Below, one piece after another: positions 1 to 5,642 of a stretch of DNA of 9,701 nt (position 1 is the first letter of the stretch; the number at the start of each line of letters is the position of its first letter). The stretch lies in assembly GCA_008932965.1 (NCBI GenBank), contig WBXG01000062.1, positions 1 to 9,701 on the forward strand, in the 5' to 3' direction. The translations under genes were made by a program, and so were the position numbers. Below the pieces are notes generated by a model, which saw only the letters and a list, made by a program, of their open reading frames with translations, ran no database searches and was not told where the DNA came from. This DNA comes from Verrucomicrobiota bacterium (GTDB lineage Bacteria > Verrucomicrobiota > Verrucomicrobiia > Chthoniobacterales > UBA6821).

Positions 1-651
1 AGGGCGAAGGGTAATAGAGTTAAGCTGCTCAAATCGCCCCACATGGCGCACAATGATTTTTCCTCCATCCATAGCCAGATCATTGGGAATAGTAATCGTA
101 CGAGAGTTCATTCCAAGGGCTGGTCCATTGATTCCTAGGCCACTGTAGAGTAATGTTGGGAAGGCCTCATTCTTACTTTGTTTTTCAATCAAAGGCCCAC
201 CATCTCCCATATCCATAAAATTGATCGTGATGGCAAAATTTTCAATATCAGTTTGCTCAGCAAGAGGAGGAATAGGTATTTCTACCGAAGAGGATTCCTT
301 GTCAATGTGTGGGGGGAGTGCCCAATGAGGAATGGGACCAATATTGGGTTCAGGGCTTACGGTGATTTTGAGGGGAGCCCATGGATCATTGCTCTCAACG
401 GTGGAAAGAGGGGGAGAGATGAGATTAGTATCTTGGGATGACTGGCTGGAAGCTTGACGATCACAAAGGAATTTTTGAGAGATCGTAAGAAGGGTTGGAG
501 AGAGTTCCTGGGAGCTTGTTGGTGATCTTTCTAGGCTGCTTGCCAGGGAGATAGGGAAAATCGAAGTAAACAAGTAAAATAGAAGAGAGATAGAACCAAG
601 GCGCACGGTAAGGCCAAATAAAGGAGGAAGAGGGGAGTTTCTACAAAGCAT
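1..651 (-). CDS. Hypothetical secreted protein, N-terminal 217 codons; the 3' end runs off the left edge of the window
   Basis: Own reverse-complement translation. ATG at 651-649, open in frame to position 1 (217 codons, no stop): MLCRNSPLPPLFGLTVRLGSISLLFYLFTSIFPISLASSLERSPTSSQELSPTLLTISQKF...FAITINFMDMGDGGPLIEKQSKNEAFPTLLYSGLGINGPALGMNSRTITIPNDLAMDGGKIIVRHVGRFEQLNSITLRP. The Arg followed by the hydrophobic run LGSISLLFYLFTSIFPISLA looks like a Sec signal peptide. GTG at 606-604 is an alternative start. It is absent from the supplied track because it is open-ended. No family recognised. Confidence 0.6.
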   Translation of the reverse strand, partial: MLCRNSPLPPLFGLTVRLGSISLLFYLFTSIFPISLASSLERSPTSSQELSPTLLTISQKFLCDRQASSQSSQDTNLISPPLSTVESNDPWAPLKITVSPEPNIGPIPHWALPPHIDKESSSVEIPIPPLAEQTDIENFAITINFMDMGDGGPLIEKQSKNEAFPTLLYSGLGINGPALGMNSRTITIPNDLAMDGGKIIVRHVGRFEQLNSITLRP

Positions 652-701
652 AAATCGATGATGAAGAGTAATCGTTTTTTCTAAAAAAGCGAATCGATTA
701 T

Positions 702-727
702 CGATCAGTATGAAATATGCAGGTTAA
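702..727 (+). repeat. Solo arm of the palindromic repeat family (CGATCAGTATGAAATATGCAGG + TTAA), tip pointing toward gspE
   Basis: Differs at one position from the arm at 4301-4326 (CGATCAGTATGAAATATGCGGG+TTAA). No partner arm or element core is detectable to its left. Confidence 0.75.
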
Positions 728-882
728 TTCACTATAAATCTTTTCCTTTCACTTGTTCATAGGATCTTCCATTTGCATTTATAAAAAAAAGGGGTAGTTT
801 TCGTTCGTTACATGTGTCAACGAATGATTAACAAGAAACTATGAACTGTAATATCCCCCACCTTTAAAATAGGCTCTTCTCC

Positions 883-2652
883 ATGTCTTCTGATTCCGTC
901 TCACTTGAGCAACAGTCCGTTTTATCTCCTACCACACCTCAAGGTCTAGCCTCTCAACTTTTGTTCATCGCTCAAAAAGTCGGTTGCTCCGACTCTGATG
1001 CTTTAAAAAAAGCATTAGAGCAGGCAGGCTTCTCTCAGTGCTCACTCATCGGAGCAGTCCTTGATACGGGCCTTGTTGCGGAGCGAGACTTTCTTTTTGA
1101 AGTTGCTCAGTTTTTTGGAATGGAATGGAGAGAGGAAGGGGAACTGAGCCCGTCGCCCCATGTGAGAGACCGTTTTCCTGCTCGTTTGGCATTAGGGTTT
1201 AATGTGATTTGTGACCATGAAGATCTTGTTGCCCCAGAAAAAGAACTCCGACTCTTTACCTTTGATCCTTTTGATTATGCTGCATGGAAAGTTCTTACGA
1301 TGTATCATTACGGTTCCATTCGTTTTGTCATGACCACGCGTCGACGACTGACCGATGTTATTAAATCGACCTATGGTGTCGGTGCAGAGACCTTCGAGGA
1401 GCTTATGGAAGGGCGTGAAGAGGAGGTGCTCTCCAACTCAAAAGAGGAGGTCAATGTGGTTGATGAAGAGGATACAGAAGCCTCTGTTATGAAATTTGTG
1501 AATCAAATTCTTCGTGAGGCACTCGAACAATCGGCCACAGATATTCATTTTGAGCCGCTTGGAAAAGACCTGCGTATTCGCTATCGCATCGATGGAGTCT
1601 TACATGAAGCACCTGTTCCTCCACGTATTAAAATGTTTCAAGATTCGGTGATATCCCGTCTTAAAATTATGGCTGGACTGGATATTGCTGAGCGCCGCTT
1701 GCCTCAAGATGGGCGTATTGCGCTCGAGCATGGAGGTCAATCAATCGATGTTCGTGTGGCAACGATCCCATGCGTTCATGGAGAGAATGTAAGCCTACGT
1801 CTTTTGGGACAAGAACGATTTGATTTTAAGCGCCTCGGTTTGGAAGCTGGTATTGAACGTCGCATTCGTGAGCTTGTTTCGATGTCCAACGGGATTGTTC
1901 TAGTAACAGGACCGACGGGATGCGGAAAGAGTACTTCACTGTATACTTTTTTAAGCCATCTCAATGTTAAAGAACGTCGTATTGTAACCATTGAGGATCC
2001 CGTCGAGCATAAGTTAGATGGTGTCATCCAAATCGCAGTGAAGCCGGAAATCGATTTGACCTTTGCAAATGCTCTAAGAAGCATTCTTCGTGGAGATCCA
2101 AATGTCATCATGGTTGGTGAAATGCGTGATGCAGAAACTGCAGATATTGCCATTCGTGCTGCATTGACCGGACACTTAGTCTTTAGCACCCTTCATACCA
2201 ATGATGCTGTTGGTGGTATCACACGACTTTTAGATATGGGGGTAGAACCCTTCTTAGTGGGCTCTTCTGTCCGAGCTTTTCTTGCTCAACGGCTCGTACG
2301 CAAACTTTGCCCACATTGTTCTAAGCCCTCAGAAATTACGGATGAGGAATTAAAAAAAATTGGGTTTCCCCTCGAGCTTAAAGCAGGTATTCGTCAGCCG
2401 GTTGGTTGCGACCAATGCCGTCAAACCGGTTATGCTGGCCGACTCGCAATTATGGAAATTTGTCCCATGACCTCTGATCTTCAAGAGCTCATTCAAAAAA
2501 GAGCAACCGGAAAAGATTTTATGGCACAAGCAATACAAGATGGAATGGTGCCGCTACGTCTCGATGGTTGGCAAAAAGTAGCTCAAGGAGTTACCTCAGT
2601 AGAAGAGGTCGTTCGTGTGACCTCAAGTGAGCTGGTGGCATTGCACCATTGA
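883..2652 (+). CDS. gspE: GspE/PilB-family type II secretion / type IV pilus assembly ATPase
   Basis: 589-aa ORF. Walker A is VLVTGPTGCGKST, Asp box RIVTIEDPVE, Walker B NVIMVGEMRD and His box TGHLVFSTLHTND. A tetracysteine CPHC...CDQC zinc motif is typical of GspE/PilB rather than PilT. The N-terminal region resembles a T2SSE_N domain (SLIGAVLDTGLVAERDFLFEVAQFFG). An in-frame TAA at 865-867 excludes any upstream start. GspE versus PilB cannot be decided from sequence alone. Confidence 0.93.
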   Translation: MSSDSVSLEQQSVLSPTTPQGLASQLLFIAQKVGCSDSDALKKALEQAGFSQCSLIGAVLDTGLVAERDFLFEVAQFFGMEWREEGELSPSPHVRDRFPARLALGFNVICDHEDLVAPEKELRLFTFDPFDYAAWKVLTMYHYGSIRFVMTTRRRLTDVIKSTYGVGAETFEELMEGREEEVLSNSKEEVNVVDEEDTEASVMKFVNQILREALEQSATDIHFEPLGKDLRIRYRIDGVLHEAPVPPRIKMFQDSVISRLKIMAGLDIAERRLPQDGRIALEHGGQSIDVRVATIPCVHGENVSLRLLGQERFDFKRLGLEAGIERRIRELVSMSNGIVLVTGPTGCGKSTSLYTFLSHLNVKERRIVTIEDPVEHKLDGVIQIAVKPEIDLTFANALRSILRGDPNVIMVGEMRDAETADIAIRAALTGHLVFSTLHTNDAVGGITRLLDMGVEPFLVGSSVRAFLAQRLVRKLCPHCSKPSEITDEELKKIGFPLELKAGIRQPVGCDQCRQTGYAGRLAIMEICPMTSDLQELIQKRATGKDFMAQAIQDGMVPLRLDGWQKVAQGVTSVEEVVRVTSSELVALHH

Positions 2653-2671
2653 TTGAAACTTCAAAACGTGA

Positions 2672-4264
2672 ATGGAAACAGAACATCTTAATACGCGTGC
2701 AGCAGGTATTGTTGCTGGGGCTGTGATGCTCAGTCGCTTGCTTGGTCTGGTGCGCGAACTCATTTTTGCAGGACTCTTTGGTGCAGGGCGCGGGATGGAT
2801 GCTTTTATTACTGCATTTCGAGCTCCCAACTTGCTACGAGATCTTTTTGCCGAGGGGGCTTTGTCAACGGCCTTTGTCACTGTTTTTTCTCAGGAAATTG
2901 CAAAACATGGTGATGTAGCAGCCTGGAAATTGGCTTCCAAGATGATCACCCTAACGACTCTGTTTATGAGTCTCATCACGCTGCTTGGGATTTTTTTTGC
3001 ACCACAGCTTATTGCAATTCTTGCTCCTGGTTTTGCTCCAGAAAAAGCAGAACTCACTATTTTTCTAACTAAGGTGATGTATCCCTTTATTTTGCTCGTC
3101 TCACTTGCCGCTCTGGTTATGGGGATGCTCAATGCAAAAAATATTTTTACTGCACCAGCCCTTGCCTCGAGTTTTTTTAATTTGGGATCGATTATTGGAG
3201 GTGTTGCCTTTGGTTGGTATTGTGATCCTCACTTTGGAGAGCGAGCCTTAACTGGGTTAGCTCTTGGAACCTTGCTTGGAGGGTTGCTGCAGTTGATAGT
3301 ACAATTTCCCAGTTTATCCCAAGCTGGGTTTCGTCTGGTTCTTGATTTTCAATGGCGTGATCCAGGAGTAAAACAGGTTCTCCTTCTAATGTTACCTGCA
3401 GTGATTGCTGCAAGTGCTGTTCAGATTAATGTGATGGTCAATAGTATTTTTGCCTCCTACCTCGGAGATGGTCCTGTAAGCTGGCTCTCGTATGCCTTTC
3501 GTCTCATGCAATTACCCCTTGGTGTTTTCGGCGTAGCTATTGCAACAGTAACCTTACCCCTCGTTTCAAGGATTGCTGCCCTAGGGGATTTGAGCAAATT
3601 TCGATCCACTCTTGCCCGTGCCTTGCGACTGGCCCTTTTTTTAACTCTTCCCTCAGCTGTGGGACTCATGATTTTAGCACAGCCTATTATTGCTCTTATC
3701 TATGAGCGTGGAAAATTTCATCCCCACGACACAGTACAAACCGCTTCAGCACTTCAATTCTATGCCATAGGACTTGTTTCTTATTCCTGTATTAAAGTTC
3801 TTTCGCCTGCCTTCTATGCTTTGAATCATCGTTGGACCCCAATGATGGTCAGTTTTCTCTCGATCGCACTGAATTTATTATTTAATTGGATTTTTATTTT
3901 TGAGCTCAAGATGGGGCATCGAGGCTTAGCTCTTTCGACAGCATTATCGGCCACTCTTAATTTTGGACTGCTCTATTTTTTTATGGTCCGTTTTGCAGGA
4001 GCACTTCACTTTCGCGAGTTGTTATCGACGTTTTGGCGTTGTGGGATTGCAACCCTTCCAATGATAGCACTCGTTGCCTTCTCCTCCCATTGGCTTGAAC
4101 ATCTTCATGGAATGCACCTCATCACTAGGGTAGGTGGTTTACTCCTCATCATTGCTCTTGCAAGCGGGCTTTTTATAGCAGGATGTATCTTTTTGAAAGT
4201 AAAGGAGACCTCGGATTTTTTGGTGATTTTAGAACGACGCTGGAATCGTGTGCGTGGCAGTTAG
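2672..4264 (+). CDS. murJ: Lipid II flippase MurJ (MviN family, MOP superfamily)
   Basis: 530-aa polytopic membrane ORF. The N-terminus is characteristic of MurJ: AGIVAGAVMLSRLLGLVRELIFAGLFGAGRGMDAFITAFRAPNLLRDLFAEGALSTAFVTVFS. Later LPLVS and FYA motifs and about 14 hydrophobic segments also fit. It starts 19 nt after the gspE stop, so co-transcription is likely. Confidence 0.93.
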   Translation: METEHLNTRAAGIVAGAVMLSRLLGLVRELIFAGLFGAGRGMDAFITAFRAPNLLRDLFAEGALSTAFVTVFSQEIAKHGDVAAWKLASKMITLTTLFMSLITLLGIFFAPQLIAILAPGFAPEKAELTIFLTKVMYPFILLVSLAALVMGMLNAKNIFTAPALASSFFNLGSIIGGVAFGWYCDPHFGERALTGLALGTLLGGLLQLIVQFPSLSQAGFRLVLDFQWRDPGVKQVLLLMLPAVIAASAVQINVMVNSIFASYLGDGPVSWLSYAFRLMQLPLGVFGVAIATVTLPLVSRIAALGDLSKFRSTLARALRLALFLTLPSAVGLMILAQPIIALIYERGKFHPHDTVQTASALQFYAIGLVSYSCIKVLSPAFYALNHRWTPMMVSFLSIALNLLFNWIFIFELKMGHRGLALSTALSATLNFGLLYFFMVRFAGALHFRELLSTFWRCGIATLPMIALVAFSSHWLEHLHGMHLITRVGGLLLIIALASGLFIAGCIFLKVKETSDFLVILERRWNRVRGS

Positions 4265-4326
4265 AGTGGATATTTCAAACTGATCGCGACTTTTTCATCA
4301 CGATCAGTATGAAATATGCGGGTTAA
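4261..4326. repeat. Minimal (core-less) copy of the palindromic element: 22-nt arm, 14-nt loop, 22-nt arm; possible bidirectional terminator hairpin
   Basis: The left arm is 4265-4286 (AGTGGATATTTCAAACTGATCG), the loop is 4287-4300, and the right arm is 4301-4322 (CGATCAGTATGAAATATGCGGG). The inner 17 nt of the arms pair with one mismatch. The flanks are TTAG (4261-4264) and TTAA (4323-4326). It lies between the convergent murJ and entericidin genes. No U-tract follows on either strand, so terminator function is not established. Confidence 0.7.
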
Positions 4327-4481
4327 TGATTGCTCATCGACCTGCCGACTGCATTAGCCCCAGCAGCAACATCAGAACCGACGGTGCTGACATCACGACC
4401 CATGCCGCTAATAGTGTTACATCCAGTGATCCCAACAAGTGTGATAACAATCATAGATAATGAGAGAATTAGTTTTTTCAT
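4323..4481 (-). CDS. ecnB: Entericidin A/B-family small lipoprotein (52 aa)
   Basis: Own translation of the minus strand: MKKLILSLSMIVITLVGITGCNTISGMGRDVSTVGSDVAAGANAVGRSMSNH*. It has a lipobox ITG|C. The mature part CNT..G.G.D....G......A matches the pattern I recall for E. coli entericidin B (...[25 protein letters not shown]...). GGGG lies 4 nt upstream of the ATG. It is too short for the supplied ORF track. The A versus B assignment is arbitrary. Confidence 0.8.
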   Translation of the reverse strand: MKKLILSLSMIVITLVGITGCNTISGMGRDVSTVGSDVAAGANAVGRSMSNH

Positions 4482-4536
4482 AGGCCCCGTTGATGCCAAA
4501 ATTGAGATGGTTTGGCTACTTTTTTTTCTAAAAAAG

Positions 4537-4720
4537 TTAACCCGGATGTTTCATACTGATCGTGACGAGGAGGCCGCGAAGGCTGATGGGGTAAGGCAGG
4601 CGAGCATTTTGATGTAGGGCTGTATGTGTACATACTGCCCAAATCAAAATGGGAGTCTAACGCAGCATCCATCTGACTTCCCGGCTTCCGTAGTAGATCG
4701 GTAGGAAATATGCGGGTTAA
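4537..4720 (-). mobile_element. Full-length 176-bp palindromic MITE-like element (4541-4716) with flanking TTAA/TTAA; non-autonomous, no transposase
   Basis: The arms are 4541-4562 (CCCGGATGTTTCATACTGATCG) and 4695-4716 (AGATCGGTAGGAAATATGCGGG), in inverted orientation. TTAA lies at 4537-4540 and 4717-4720. The reverse complement aligns without gaps to 8437-8612 at about 125/176 identities (hand count). Strand is given relative to the copy at 8433-8616. Confidence 0.8.
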
Positions 4721-4742
4721 CCCGAATATTTCATGCTAATCA
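4721..4742 (-). repeat. Additional left-type arm abutting the TTAA of the preceding element (GGGTTAACCC junction); possibly the start of a decayed, internally deleted copy extending to about 4822
   Basis: CCCGAATATTTCATGCTAATCA matches the arm at 8437-8458 (CTAAGATATTTCATGCTCATCT) at 16/22 positions. Downstream there is patchy similarity to the element core (CAACTCCT, TGAGC, TGCATG, CTCCTGC in the same order). A weak right-arm-like GATGATGAAGAGG precedes CTAG at 4823-4826. Confidence 0.6.
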
Positions 4743-4835
4743 TACCAACTCCTCAAAATGAGCTTGCATGTCATGATCTCCTGCAATTCCTCAATTTAGG
4801 ATGATGAAGAGGCTTCTTTAGGCTAGGGTAATAAT

Positions 4836-5642
4836 ATGCATCAACCACAGATTATTGGTATTGTTCTTGTCCGTAATGAAGAATCTTATGTGGAGCAGGC
4901 CATCCTTAATATTCTCTCTTTTTGTGATCGTTTGCTACTCGTAGATCATGAATCTTTAGACGGAACGCTTCCTATTTTACTCTCTCTTCAAAGCAAGCAT
5001 CCTGAAAAAATAAGCGTTCACTCGATTCATCACCCTCGAGAATCTCATGAACTTATCAAACCGTATGTTGGAACAGAAACATGGATTTTTGGTGTTGATG
5101 GAGATGAGATTTATGATCCTGAGGGGCTTCTTCATTTTCGAAAGAGACTTTTATCAGGGGAGTTTGACACTGAGTGGATGCTCTTAGGAAATGTTCTTCA
5201 TGTGGAAGAGCTCGATCCTAGAACAGCCACTGGCTATATGGCTCCTCCAAGTCGTAGTATTACAAAACTCTATAATTTTTCAGCGATCGAATCCTGGGAT
5301 GGAAATACGGGAGAGCGCCTGCATGGTGGGGAACTCCACTTTCGTAGCGGATTCCACGACCAAAAAAAAAGAAAACTCTTTGAGGAATCAAGATGGGAGG
5401 AGGCTTCCCTAAGGTGTCTTCATCTCTGTTTTATTCCACGAAGCCCTCACATAGGAGCAACAGTGCGCAAGAATATTGTAGAGACGTATGGTGGAGGAAT
5501 TACTACCATCATCAAAAATCAACTCATCACTATGATAAGGGGTTTTTTAGGAACATCAGAACATTCTTCTTGGAAGCAAAAACATTATGCTCGCGGCCAG
5601 AGAGTCTCGGTGAGATCTTCTCCTTTTTTTAAAAACCCATGA
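4836..5642 (+). CDS. Family 2 (GT-A fold) glycosyltransferase-like protein
   Basis: 268-aa ORF. The N-terminus IIGIVLVRNEESYVEQAILNILSFCDRLLLVDHESLDGT is typical of GT2 / Glyco_tranf_2_4-type enzymes. A DxD-like motif GVDGDE is present. AGGG lies 8 nt upstream of the ATG. The stop overlaps the next start (ATGA at 5639-5642). Confidence 0.75.
   Translation: MHQPQIIGIVLVRNEESYVEQAILNILSFCDRLLLVDHESLDGTLPILLSLQSKHPEKISVHSIHHPRESHELIKPYVGTETWIFGVDGDEIYDPEGLLHFRKRLLSGEFDTEWMLLGNVLHVEELDPRTATGYMAPPSRSITKLYNFSAIESWDGNTGERLHGGELHFRSGFHDQKKRKLFEESRWEEASLRCLHLCFIPRSPHIGATVRKNIVETYGGGITTIIKNQLITMIRGFLGTSEHSSWKQKHYARGQRVSVRSSPFFKNP

Noticed and set aside
178-441. 87-aa plus-strand track ORF.
   Set aside because: It is antisense to the longer open-ended minus-strand ORF (1-651), which has a signal-peptide-like N-terminus. 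Its sequence is low-complexity and basic, typical of an antisense artefact.
709-727. A conserved 5-codon mini-ORF inside the repeat arms (ATG AAA TAT GCN GGT TAA = MKYAG*). In-frame stops lie at the same position in other copies: MKYAG*, MKHPG*, MKYSG*, MKYTG* and MKYLS*.
   Set aside because: The stop is supplied by the flanking TTAA/CTAG tetranucleotide, which is the likely target-site duplication, at a fixed distance from a conserved arm. One arm has AGG and another TTG instead of ATG. The residues vary freely and there is no SD. It is best explained as a by-product of arm conservation, not a leader peptide.
802-826. Small inverted repeat CGTTCGTT-N9-AACGAATG in the gspE leader, considered as an operator or attenuator.
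   Set aside because: The stem is only 8 bp with one mismatch, there is a single occurrence, and no associated regulator or U-tract is present. It cannot be distinguished from chance.
1045-1125. Possible MshEN-type c-di-GMP binding motif in the GspE N-terminal domain (SLIGAVLDTGLVAERDFLFEVAQ).
   Set aside because: It only partly fits the published 24-residue motif as I recall it. It lacks the leading RLG, and the terminal Q is offset by one. That is insufficient to claim c-di-GMP binding from sequence alone.
1776-3669. Minus-strand track ORFs inside gspE and murJ (1776..2189, 2350..2538, 2623..2880, 2890..3132, 3192..3413, 3457..3669).
   Set aside because: All are antisense to strongly supported CDSs and have R/S/P-rich artefact-like composition.
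4330-4617. 95-aa plus-strand track ORF, and the 64-aa minus-strand ORF at 4478..4672.
   Set aside because: The 95-aa ORF is antisense to the well-supported entericidin gene and runs into the repeat element. The 64-aa ORF is simply the open frame of the palindromic element read into the ecn upstream region. Neither has family similarity or an SD.
4261-4742. The cluster of repeated ~22-nt arms considered as a CRISPR array.
   Set aside because: The repeats are in inverted rather than direct orientation, are irregularly spaced (14 nt, about 214 nt, 132 nt, 4 nt) and are imperfect. No cas genes are present.
5191-5632. Alternative-frame ORFs (5191..5412 and 5393..5632) together with the A9 tract at 5362-5370 in the GT2 gene, considered as a slipped-strand phase-variation switch.
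   Set aside because: The main frame is intact end to end and couples to the next gene by ATGA. A7-A8/T8 runs are common elsewhere in the window (783-790, 2352-2359, 4520-4527, 7624-7630), so an A9 run is not distinctive. Without population data there is no evidence of length variation.
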